From Lepidodermella squamata (taxonomy: Eukaryota; Animalia; Gastrotricha): a DNA stretch of 64,000 nt. Both the position numbers and the translations under genes were made by a program. The stretch spans positions 4,650,001-4,714,000 of the forward strand of contig JBLDXI010000015.1 in the NCBI GenBank assembly GCA_047495785.1, in the 5' to 3' direction. Below, in pieces: positions 22,726-34,876 of this stretch (the first letter of the stretch is position 1; every line of letters starts with the position of its first letter). Below the pieces are notes generated by a model that worked only from the letters and a program-made list of their open reading frames with translations, was not told the DNA's origin and searched no databases.

Positions 22726-24501
22726 GGCATATATATTGGTGAGAATTAAGGCGGCCTCTAAACATAAAAACGACACAATTTTATAAATTTAATCATATGA
22801 ATTAAAAATCGAGATCGCCGTTATACATCATCAGAAAAATCAGAAATAATTCCGAGGCTTTAATGAGGCACATTGAGCACCATTCATGAAAAATGGAGAA
22901 TCTAACTGCGGAACCTAGGAATATTCTTAGGATATAGCTATATCAAGTTATTAAAAAGGACTGTAAATTATCAAAAGATATCGAGCGATTCTCTTGTTGT
23001 ACATTACTAATAATTTATAATTCCTAAATATCAGGGTTACATTTAAAATATCCATGACACAGGTGTCAGGTCAGAGGAAAATATGTCGTTACCAAGAGTA
23101 TGTTGCTTATTAACAAGGCTGATCAGCGGAAATTCTAGGGAACGGACGGAATTCGTCATTACATTCTAAAAATGACGGCAAGTATGATTACACGACTTCA
23201 GCCCTTATCTCCCAAGAATGATTATGTATTACTGAATAATTGGCCAGACGCCAGATGAAAGGTTTCCACTCGACTAGCAGTTCGCAGTTTTCAATACTTA
23301 CGCCCGAGATCATCGGTCAGTCTAGAGTCTAGATTTATAAAAACTCATCCATGGCGGTCGCAAAAAATTCTCGGGGAGTATGGCGCTCGGCGATCTCCCT
23401 GACACGAGACACCGACTAAGAAGATAATTTCAAACGCCTCGAAAATAAGTCCGGAATCATTTTTAGAAAGGATATAGAGAGGACTTGGAAGTTAGAAGCC
23501 CGTAATCCAGAATGAGACATTAACATAGACGGAAATGTTTAACGTCCGATGTCAAGGGCAATTGCTGTAGCGGTGATATGACTATTCCGTGGTCATAAAG
23601 AGCGTCTCGTAGGTGGAGGGCGGAGTCTACGCTTTGGAAGTTTATCTGGGCTCTGGATGCCGCATGTCGCGGCTGAATTCACTAAATGTCATGCCAAAAT
23701 CGAAGCGCAATCGCATTAATCCATAGTCGAATTCAACGTTTAAAATAAGGCGCTACTAACGTCCATGTAGGGAGGTCAACGCTGGAGTTTGCGTACATTC
23801 CCTTATTGACTGCCATTGGGCAGGGGACCATCGCCTTGTTCAACGGTGAGAAGCGCAAAAACCCAAGGCGAAACGCTGAAGAGCGAGAAAAAGCTCGGGG
23901 CCAAAAACTCGAAAACCGAAAAACTCAAAAATATATTTATTTTAATAAAATTTGACTTCTGCATGTCTAAAGCAATTAAAAATTTTGCTTTTGATAAGCT
24001 TCAAAAAATGTGAAACAATTAAATGCGACAATTTTTCAGTCGCTTGTCCCTTCAGGTTTCAAAGCTTTCGGGACGGGCCGAGTTTGCAAAACGGAAGGCC
24101 TGAAGTGGTTTGTTTAGTCCCGTTTGAGGGTTTATCGTCATCAGCATTTGCCTGATTTCTTACCTGTGACCAGAGTAAATGCTTTGTTATCTGTGTTTTA
24201 TGTTTTAGACACTGGCCCAAAAATTACGAGCATTTAAAGTTTTTGATGTGAACCTTGGATTTTTCTCGCTCTGCGTATGAATTTATATTTAGGTATGAAC
24301 CCGAATCGATGCATATTATTTTGATGCTAATAGTGCGAATTACGTCATACTTGCATCAGATCGAAGGCTCTCGGCGCTCTTCTTGTGGATTGTAGATTTT
24401 TCTCGTGCTTAATTTGGGATTTGGGAAGCTTACTTCTTATCGAAACCTTTGATTCATTGACATGATCTAACTCACTTTTATTTATTTATTAGAGTTTTAA
24501 G

Positions 24502-27500
24502 ATGTCACAGCAATTTACCCATGAAGACATTGAAGAACAGGTTAGATCCTTACAACAAAAGCGTGGTAAATTGAATACTGCTCCCGCCGCAGACGAAGAT
24601 GCTTCTCGTGTTGGTTTGGGTGAAGTTGGAGCTTTTGATAGGGATATTTACTCGAACAGAAACTACGAAGGCTATGAAACTTCGATTCCCGCGGGTGACG
24701 ACATAGACGATGAGGACGATTATGGCGCTCCCACTGCTCAAAAGAAGCAGCCCACTAATGCTGCTGGATTCACGATTCCGGTGTTTGCTGAGGAAGAAAA
24801 GGTGCGCTCATATCATCATTGCTTGAATTTATCCAAGTAACATTTTTATATTTTCTACTCTTAGAATTTCGATCCATTCGCTGAGCATCGCGGGCAGTCC
24901 AAAATCATTGCCGAAAGAGAAAATGAATATCAGGCAAGACGAAGGAACTTGATCATATCTCCAGAGCGAGCGGATCCTTTTGCCGAAGGTAATTTCTCTT
25001 AAAATTCAATTTTTACTAGGGTATTATCAGAAGGATGAGCTCCTTCTCACAGGTTTGCCTTGATTTATTCAATTCCCTTAAACATTGAACTTCTCTTTGC
25101 GGCTCGAAGCACAACGCAGTACATATGCTATGTTTTAACCCTGAAATCTTCAAGCAACATTTAACGATTTCCGATCCGATTCGTGCCTACTTCCTGTGTA
25201 GGATCGACTACTTTCGTATTCAGTGACAAGCGAATGTAACTTGCGGCGTTCTTCCACTTTGTTACTAAGATTGTATTTTACAGGCCACCTACGACGCAGT
25301 TTTTCGGCTAATTGCCGTTCAGGAATTGATTTTTCATTTCGGACAGTTGCTATTCTACGATTTTTCAAGTAGAATGATTCGCGCCGACCTAACATTAATA
25401 CATTTACAAACAATACACCTATATAGAAACGAAATTAAATTTAATTCCATGTTATTAAATTGATTATTTTTTTTTCACAGGTGGCAAAACGCCAGATGTG
25501 CGCAGCCGCACTTACATTCAAATCGCACAGGAACAAGCCCTAAAGAAGCAGCAGGTAATTGAAATTGTACCAAATCCAACCAAATTATTAAATTTGTCTC
25601 TTTCAAGAATGCTATTCAGAAGCAGCTGTCAGATTTGGCTAAGTCCGGCGATCTTAAGGCTGCCGCTCAAGCAGCTGGAGACAAGCCAGCAGAGCGCAAG
25701 CGACGATGGGATCTTGCATCTGGTGAAACTGTCGTTGCTTCTCAGGCTCCTAAAAAGAAAATTCAGACGGCTCAATGGGAGACGGCCGAAACTCCAGCTG
25801 CAGCGCGTTGGGAAGAAACACCTGGTCGTACCAGAGTAAGGATATCGATGAAATATTACTTCTTGTTTAGTTTCAAGTTACTTATTTATTCAGGGCGGCG
25901 AAACTCCGAGCGGTCGTGAAGTTTGGGATGCCACCCCGGCTGCGGCCACTCCCGGTCGTGATGCTGCGAGCGTTCGTCGAAATCGTTGGGACGAAACACC
26001 ACGAGGCGAAACTCCTGCACATGCTGCCGGTTGGGCTGAAACGCCGCGTGCTGATCGAGGTGGCGATTCGATGTCATCGGCTAATGATATCGGTGCATCA
26101 AAGCGTCGATCTCGATGGGACGAAACGCCGGCTATGGCTACACCGAACAACGCAGGCATGCACACGCCGATGATGGGTGGAATGACCCCATCTGGCACTC
26201 CGGGTATGGGAGGAATGACTCCGGGTGCGACGCCAAGCGGAGCCAAGGCAATGGGTATGGCAACTCCAACACCAGGGCAGTTGCAAATGATGACCCCTGA
26301 GCAGATGCAGGCCTATATGTGGCAACGTGAAATCGACGAGCGAAACCGTCCTTTGAGTGACGAGGAGCTCGACGCGATCTTACCGCCCGGTTACAAGGTA
26401 TTGCAACCCCCAGCTGGCTACCAACCTCTTCGAACTCCTTCTCGCAAAATTTTCGCGACGCCAACACCTATGGCTACATTGGGAACACCGCAAGGGTTCC
26501 GTATTCAGACGCCAAAGTTGGACACTGGACCGAGCGCGGCTATGAACTTGCAGCCGAAGGATGAAACCATGCCGGCATTGAAACCGGACGATTTGCAATA
26601 TTTCGAAAAACTTCTTCAGGAAGTTGACGAAACTCAGTTACCGCCAGAGGAGCAGCGCGATCGCGAAATCATGCGGCTCTTGCTTAAAATCAAAAACGGA
26701 CAGCCGCCGATGCGAAAACAAGCGTTACGTCGCATCACCGATAAGGCGCGCGAATTCGGCGCTGGACCATTGTTCAACCAGATTTTGCCACTGCTTATGT
26801 CGCCAACCCTCGAGGATCAGGAGCGCCATTTACTCGTTAAAACAATTGACAGAATTTTGTATAAACTCGACGATTTAGTTCGTCCTTATGTCCACAAAAT
26901 CCTGGTCGTCATTGAGCCACTGCTTATAGACGAGGATTACTACGCCCGTGTTGAGGGTCGTGAGATAATCTCGAACTTGGCTAAAGCAGCCGGTTTGGCT
27001 ACGATGATTTCAACCATGCGTCCCGATATCGATCACATGGACGAATACGTGCGTAACACGACTGCCCGAGCTTTCGCGGTCGTTGCCTCAGCCTTGGGCA
27101 TTCCGTCCCTGCTGCCTTTTTTGAAAGCCGTTTGCAAGTCGAAAAAGTCGTGGCAAGCGCGTCACACCGGTATTAAGATCGTGCAACAAATTGCTATCCT
27201 CATGGGATGTGCAATTCTCCCGCATTTGAAGAGCCTTGTCGAAATCATTGAAACCGGTCTTGTCGACGAACAGCAAAAAGTGCGAACAATTACTGCTCTT
27301 GCGTTGGCTGCCTTGGCCGAAGCCGCTACCCCGTACGGTATCGAAGCTTTCGACTCTGTCCTGAAACCGCTTTGGAAGGGCATTAGGCAGCATCGCGGTA
27401 AGGGCTTGGCCGCCTTCCTCAAGGCTATCGGTTATTTGATTCCGCTGATGGACGCCGAGTACGCTAATTACTACACACGAGAAGTTATGCTCATTTTGAT

Positions 27501-29157
27501 CCGTGAATTTCAATCTCCCGACGAGGAAATGAAGAAAATTGTATTGAAAGTTGTGAAGCAATGCTGCGCGACTGATGGTGTTGAAGCGAGTTACATTAAG
27601 GAGGAAGTTCTACCGCCGTTTTTCAAACATTTCTGGAATCAACGAATGGCTATGGATAAGCGGAATTACCGCCAGTTGGTCGATACTACTGTTGAAATCG
27701 CGAGCAAAGTCGGCGGCGCTGAGATCGTTTCTCGCATAGTCGACGATTTGAAAGACGAATCTGAACCGTACCGTAAAATGGTCATGGAAACCTGCGACAA
27801 AATTGTTACGACCATGGGCGCTACTGACATCGATTCTCGCCTTGAAGAGTTGCTGATCGACGGCATTTTGTACGCATTCCAGGAGCAAACGTCCGAAGAC
27901 GCTGTTATGCTGAACGGCTTCGGAGCTGTGATTAACTCGCTTGGAAAACGCTGCAAACCTTATCTGCCTCAGATTTGCGGTACAATCTTGTGGCGTTTGA
28001 ACAACAAATCGGCGAAGGTTCGCCAACAAGCCGCTGATTTGATCGCGAAAATCGCTGTTGTGATGAAGGCGTGCCAGGAGGAGAAACTGCTCGGCCATCT
28101 CGGCGTGGTCCTTTACGAGTACCTAGGCGAGGAGTACCCCGAAGTTCTCGGGTCTATTCTCGCGGCGTTGAAGGCTGTTTGCAACGTGATTGGCATGTCG
28201 AAAATGACGCCGCCGATCAAGGATTTGCTGCCTCGTCTGACGCCAATTTTGAAAAATCGTCACGAGAAGGTGCAGGAGAACTGCATTGATTTGATTGGTC
28301 GTATCGCAGATCGTGGCTCTGAGTTTGTTTCTGCGCGAGAGTGGATGCGTATCTGCTTTGAACTTCTCGAGCTGTTGAAGGCCCACAAAAAGGCGATTCG
28401 ACGCGCTGCTGTGAATACTTTCGGCTACATTGCCAAGGCTATTGGCCCTCACGATGTGCTGGCGACACTGCTGAACAATCTTCGAGTTCAGGAGCGTCAG
28501 AACCGTGTCTGCACAACCGTCGCGATTGCCATTGTTGCCGAGACGTGCAGCCCTTTCACGGTCATTCCAGCCCTTATGAACGAATTTCGAGTGCCTGAGC
28601 TGAACGTCCAAAACGGTGTTCTCAAGTCGTTTTCTTTCATGTTTGAGTATATCGGTGAAATGGCCCGTGATTACATCTACGCCGTCACTCCACTTCTCGA
28701 AGATGCCCTCATGGATCGTGACCTGGTCCATCGTCAGACTGCAATGTTCGCAATTCAAGTGAGTTTTTCTATAAAATAATAAAAATTCAACCTTAATAAT
28801 CGTCTATTTAATTTTTTCCAGCATTTATCAGCGGGCGTTTTCGGTTTTGGATGTGAAGACGCATTGACTCATCTGCTCAACTTCGTGTGGCCGAACATTC
28901 TCGAAACATCGCCCCACGTCGTGCAAGCGTTCTTCGGCGTCGTCGAAGGCATGCGGCTGTCAATCGGCCCGCAGCGCATTTTGCAATACACAGTTCAGGG
29001 TCTGTACCACCCGGCGCGGAAGGTGCGTGAAATCTACTGGAAGGTGTATAACACGCTGTACATGGGCGCCTCGCACGCGCTCGTGCCCGCCTTCGTGCGC
29101 ATCCCGAACACTCAAACGAACACTTTCGAGAGATACGAGCTTGACTACGTGGTCTGA
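24502..29157 (+). CDS. SF3B1: Splicing factor 3B subunit 1; exons 24502-24801, 24865-24988, 25481-25554, 25608-25835, 25894-28758, 28822-29157
   Basis: RWDETP repeats, [10 protein letters not shown]-like motif, HEAT repeats nearly identical to animal SF3B1 ([33 protein letters not shown]), C-terminal RYELDYVV. All six exons join in frame with GT-AG. Confidence 0.98.
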
Positions 29158-29590
29158 CCGATATAATTAATAAAAATCTTCGTGTTCGATTATAACAACC
29201 GTTTTTAACCATAATCAAGATCGCACTCCATTAAAACGTTGGAAATGACCGAGGGAAATAATGATTGTGAAGAGGACGAGGTAGTCGAGCGATGTAATAT
29301 AGAATTGGGTGGCATATTAGATACTTTACTTTTTGTTTATAAAACACCTGTCAGCGTTGTCTCGTGTGGCATATGTATATGTACATATTTGATTAAAAAC
29401 AAATAAAAAGCTTTCTGTTGTTAATTTTCTTTGTTGCCGTTTTTATTGGTGGACGATCGGTGGGGTTAATACAAAATTTGAAGTGAAAAAATACCGACAC
29501 CAGAAACGAGTGAAAAATGTCAGATCAACATTTTTGAGGTAGAGTTAAGGAAATGGAGAAGTTGAGGTAGCTTTCCATAGGAAGGACAAT

Positions 29591-30688
29591 TTAGACAATC
29601 GGATAGCTGGCCATGTTGGCAATACCGCACATGTTGACACCACGAGCGATTTTAGCGTAGCCCTGCTCGCCCCAGCTGGCACCCCAGCTGTTCTTGACCA
29701 GCCAATAGGGCCTGCCGCTTTCAGTTCCGTAGCCGACGATGAGCATGCCTGAATTCAGATAAACAAAAATAAAAAATTTGAATATAAATGTGAAGCTTGC
29801 CGTGGTTCAATGACTGCCTGCAAGTGCTATCGGTGTATACGCCCGTCTTGTAGTAGTAAAAGTTCGTTGTTACTTCAAAAGCGAACGACACTGGACCTTT
29901 GTTAACCGCCTGAATAGTAGGTTGCTGATGAGAAAATACTCAATCATTGTTGGAATTTTTACCTGCATAATCGCATTCTCATCGCGAGGAATGGTTACGA
30001 AGTAGGGGCGCGTGGTTGAAGCAACCGAGCTGCCTCTGTTGAAACGGCAAGTTCGGCTATCTTGGCCTACGTAAGGGTACGCAGATTCCGTGTTGATGCC
30101 ATTTTGGCCAACGTAGGTGAACGCAAAGTTCATCAAACCACCAGAGCATCCAGCATTGCCGAGATTCCACGTGCAGTCACACAGGTTCTGCTCGGACATC
30201 GAAATGAGCCGCTTGTTTTTGATGTAGTAATGGCCCTCGAGAGCGCCTGTAGCAGAGAATGACCAGCAAGATCCGCAATTTCCCTGATTTTTAACTGGGG
30301 TAACAGCGCCCTGTTGACGCCAGTCGATGGACGCCGCAGCTTGGATCCCAGTCGAATTGAAAACGCCAACTTCACCTGCTGAATCTGGCAGAGGCAAGTT
30401 GGTGTTCAGGCCGAGTTTCGCTTTTTTCAGCTCATCCATCGTAGATGCAGCGAATGCGTTAAGCTCGATAGCGTAAGGGACCTCGTTCTTCTGATGCAAC
30501 TCGTTGTGATGCTTCACCAATTCGTAGTTCTTGTGAAAAATTCCACGGCGCAAGTCTTCTTCATCTCGAGCAAATTGAGCTTCGGGATTTTGACTCTTCC
30601 ATTGCATCCAGCTGCGCTCTTCATCACTCGGTTGAGCAGATGCGAGTGAAACCAGGGCGATTAAGGCAACGGCGATAATTGACTCCAT
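29591..30688 (-). CDS. CTSL: Cathepsin L-like papain-family cysteine protease, 3 exons
   Basis: Signal peptide, I29 propeptide with ERFNIN-like [48 protein letters not shown]|[34 protein letters not shown]. Confidence 0.96.
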
Positions 30689-30730
30689 TGTGACCGTGAC
30701 GAGCTGTTGAGTATAAGCTCGCAAATCGCC

Positions 30731-30738
30731 CTTTTATA
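30731..30738 (-). promoter_or_regulatory. TATA box of cathepsin L
   Basis: TATAAAAG on the minus strand about 45 nt upstream of ATG 30688. Confidence 0.6.
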
Positions 30739-31202
30739 GCGCTCATGCTTCGGTGCGAGTGTCCGAATCTTTCCAACGTGTTTTCAAAACATGGACATAT
30801 AACTGGTAGATGTTTCAAGTAGCAAATGCGCAACAAGAAATGGGTAACAAAGCGCGATGCGACGCGAAAAGACACATCAGCTCTCGTAAACAACAACACC
30901 GAGGTGTGTTTTTTTATGAGCTAAACGCACTTCTCACGAATTGACCTCGTTCTCACCTGCAGGCATCACTACCCTTATCGCAATACCATTCGGTAATGGA
31001 ATTTATTTTTAAACTTGAGATGATGTGCTGATTTGATTCGTTCGTATCGTGATTCGGTACTTAGTGATGAAAAATGATTGAATGTAATTTATTCAGTCAA
31101 TATATATTATTAGGTACCATTTTATTTTTTGCTTCCGCGCGTAATAAATATTTTTAAAATTTGATGCTGTCAAATTAAGTTCGAGTATATGATAATGATT
31201 TT

Positions 31203-32945
31203 TCAACGGCATACAAGCTTTATCCATATTCCGTTAACTGGGGAAATCGTGAAAGCCGACTGAAGTTGCATTTCATCGCCAGTTCTCTCACATGTTTCAA
31301 TTCTGTATTTCCGAAGAAGGTTCACGAGTGTCAGTTTGATTTCCAGCAAGGCGAATCTCATTCCGATGCATATTCGAGGACCAAAGCCGAATGGTAGGAA
31401 AGCAGCATCGCTCCTGGTCGCATGAGTAGGGTAGTCTTTCAGGAATCGTTCGGGATAGAAGAGACCTGGGTCAACCGGGCCCCATTGCTCGGCATCTCGA
31501 TGAATCGACCAAACATCGGCAAGAACTATCATGCCTTTCGGCACACGAATCCCGTTTATTTCAGCGTCTTCCATGGCTAGCCGATTGATGATAAGCGGCG
31601 AGACTGGATACAAACGTAGCACCTCGTTTATGACAGCATCCAAGTAAGTCAAGTCAACAACATTGTCGTAGTGAGGCGTTTTGGCTGGGTCAGAAAAATC
31701 GCGCTCGATTTCGGCCACAACTCTTTGCTGGACTTTCGGATGATTCGCCAGCAAAAATGTAGCGAATGCCAAAGCGTTGCTCGAAGTCTGTTTTTGAAAT
31801 TGATCAAGTAAGTTTCAAAACTATTAGACCGACGAGCTATAGGTGAATTAGCTAACCTCGTATCCAGCGATCATGAACAGCATGCTTTGCCCAGTAATTT
31901 CTTCGATTGAAAGACCTTTATGCCCATGCGGCAACTCGCCAATCTGATTCTCTTCACATTCCAGCATCATTTGCAGCAAGTCCTGTCTAGCCGGTCCATC
32001 GATGCGATTGCTTTCTCGTCGAGTTTTGATGATCTCACCTATCATTTTCAGCAATGTATTGCGAGCTTGAATCATCGGTTCGCGGGCAAACTTGGCGCGA
32101 AAAAACGACAATTTTCTCATTAACGGGCCGAGTTCGGGTATAACTATTGCGACCTTCATCGGCAGTGGCGATGAGAAGATACTCTGAAACATAGAAGTCA
32201 ACGTTTCAAGCATAGGATTGCGCTCCTTGCCACAGGTTTTCGCGCTGTTCAACTCGATACCGAACGCGGTTTCCGAGATTGTGTCCAGCGTTAATAGCTT
32301 GAAGCATTCAAAGATGTCGAACCCGTCAGCTTCATGCGCTCTCTTATCGATCAGCTCCATGAAATCATTTTGGCATTTCGTCATCAGGGGCATGAGAGCT
32401 CGCAGTTTGCCGGCAGAAAAGGTTGGATTTGCGATTGTTCGAAGCCGTTTCCACCTTTCGCCCCGGGCTACGAACATCGTAATCGGATCACTAATTGGGA
32501 AGATAAGAGATGAAGACTCTATTCTGTTCCTATAAATTACGTCGTTGTGTCGGGGTTTGGCTGAATGGGTAGAAGTTTTCGGCCATGGAAACTTGGAAAT
32601 TGCTTAATGAAAACCTGAGTGACGAAGTTGACGTCGCTCGTCACGAGCGTGGGCCAAGAACCTTCAGATTTCGGCCAGATCGATAACAAGAAAATTTACA
32701 AAAACCAAACTGAAAAAACCTTCGTAGTAGCCGAACAGCTTGCCGTACTTTTCAGTCCATTTCGGGATGACAAGGTGCCGATTTGCAGCTTCAGCGAAGG
32801 ATGCAGCATTGCCCAATAGCCAATGGGGTTCTGGTCCTGAAATGCCTTCCTTTTGAAATTCTTTGAAAGCGAATAAACGCCGATAGAGATAGAAGCATAG
32901 TCCAGCTACGAAAGGCACGAAGCACGCTGCTATAATGAAACTCAT
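31203..32945 (-). CDS. Cytochrome P450, clan 3 (CYP3A/CYP5-like), 4 exons
   Basis: N-terminal anchor, GISGPEPHWLLGN, WKRLR..ANPTFSAGKL, AGYE|TS (I helix), EVLR (ExxR), PERF, FGFGPRICIG heme ligand. Confidence 0.95.
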
Positions 32946-34876
32946 TTTCTTTGTAATGAGAAAGGTTTTTTATAACTTTCCCGGAGCGCACGCGAGTTTT
33001 TTCACCCTAAAACGTAAAAAAAACACCTTATAACGATCGAGCTAATCAAGACAACTTCAACCATCCCCCACCTTAAGCCCTACCATTGGATTTAATGCAA
33101 ACTGTCATATATAAATTTCGCCACCTACGTTTTGTTTTACCTATTTAGCAGTTTTATAATATAACTTGTTTCTCCTAATAATGTGTGCAACCTATAAATA
33201 TGTGTGCCAGATGAGTTGGCTTAATCTCGACATTTTAATAACACGTAGATGAACTCTTTAAATGTGAAATACCAACTAAATTTAAGCACTAATAATGGGG
33301 TGGCTAAAAATAACTCGTTTCTTCCATGACGCCGATGTAAATGCACGTGTAGCACACGTGAGACATTTAATTCGTGTAAAAAAACGGCACACGGCCATCG
33401 CAGAGGCAGTCATTAAGGACCACGCAACAAACTACAGAGGAGATGACTAAGAATTTTTTTAGATACTGCTCGAAAAGAACGCCCGATGAGAAAATGCGTG
33501 CTATTCTTGCTACTTCAAGAAATGATGTCAACGAATTATTTTATAAAATTATAAAAAAAAATCCCAAAGCACCGCCTTAACAATTTTATAAAAAGTGAAA
33601 AAGTTCGAAGCACTTTTTTAATTTTTGCCAAGCTGCATTTTCGCAACTTAATTCTTGCCAAAGGGGCGCCACCGGTTATTAGGTAGCCCCTGATTACTCT
33701 GTCGATGCGCTTCGATGCACTTCTGACGCATTTTTAAGCCGTGTTTTGGGCGGCTTCTGGGTTGTCTTAGCAGGCCAGACAGCGGGATGGCGCCCATCGC
33801 AGAGACGGACATTTGAATTAAGTCACGATGCTCGTGGTGTCATACAATTTTCGAAGCCTCTCTCCGAACGTGTCGGGGTCGAGGGCGACACGGGCAAACA
33901 AATAAATTTTCGGACGAAAAGTCTAATCTCTGCGTCCGAGAGCATCAAAGATCCTGAGAATATGATTATTTTCGTTTCGGGAACGCTCCAAAATTGAATA
34001 AAAATAATTGAATTTCACAATGAAAAAATTTATTTTTAGGTCGGTGAAATAGACCAATGAGGTGCAAGGTGCACTTTTCAGTTCAGACAATCCTCATGAA
34101 GTTTCACGTCCTTCAAGTGAATTTAAATTTAAGATCGATACATCTTGTTGTCGAGTCTGCAACGCTGCACCAGGATACTTGCAAAAATATTAAAAGTCTA
34201 TTTCAGAAGAGCCTGCCTATATACTTATCATTCATTTCGCCCGCATCTGGGTGATGTTTGCGGTGCTCATCGATTCGGACGCGATGAGCAGTCATGAAAG
34301 TTGGAAGGCCGCGGACGCATCGAGATGGCCTTTCGCGTGGTGTGTTGTAGGCGCGTGCGCGTTGTTTACTCTATTTGTCGCTCGTCATCAGCGCATACCA
34401 AACGCTGCGCGACTGAATGGCAGTGGCCGATATATTGCCATTATAATCGGCCGCATTTGTACCTGCTTTCAGTTTTAGCCCTACCTATATATGAGTCTAA
34501 TGCGAAATACGAAATAATAATTCGCATTTAGAGCGGGCGTAGACGCTTCTGTATTTAGCATATATCGCATTTAAAGGCGATACGACGAACGCGCATCACC
34601 TTTATAGCTTGGCGAGTCTTGCTTTTCACTTTGTCGCATTATTATTGCTTACCTAGAAATAGTTGTAAGTACATTGTTTTATTTTCGCCCACTCAAGTAT
34701 TATGTGCCGCAGTAAACACCTCCTTTATATTGGATTCTTCGATCGAATTTTTTCGATTCTTGCAGGCGGGTCGTAAATAACATTGTGAAAAAATTCTCAG
34801 CGTGAAATTTATTCGTCTCATATTTGCATGAATATAATAGGTGTTGTATTTATTTGCGAACACCTACAGCTGTGAT

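Noticed and set aside
26071-28758. SF3B1 cancer-hotspot and pladienolide-resistance positions (E622, R625, H662, K666, K700, G742, R1074)
   Set aside because: All read as wild type in the translated motifs, so there is no sign of altered branch-point recognition.
27088-29218. Long antisense ORFs over SF3B1 (also over GluN1, cyclin Y and TRAPPC10)
   Set aside because: Shadow frames expected from GC-rich codon usage; no independent motifs.
33297-33690. Possible terminal inverted repeats GGGGTGGCTAAAATAAC ... GTTATTAGGTAGCCCC
   Set aside because: Match is too short and gapped to call an element without a copy-number search.
34251-34531. Short hydrophobic ORFs upstream of PTP copy 3 that might supply a TM segment
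   Set aside because: Non-ATG starts and no convincing donor linking them in frame to the 34877 exon.
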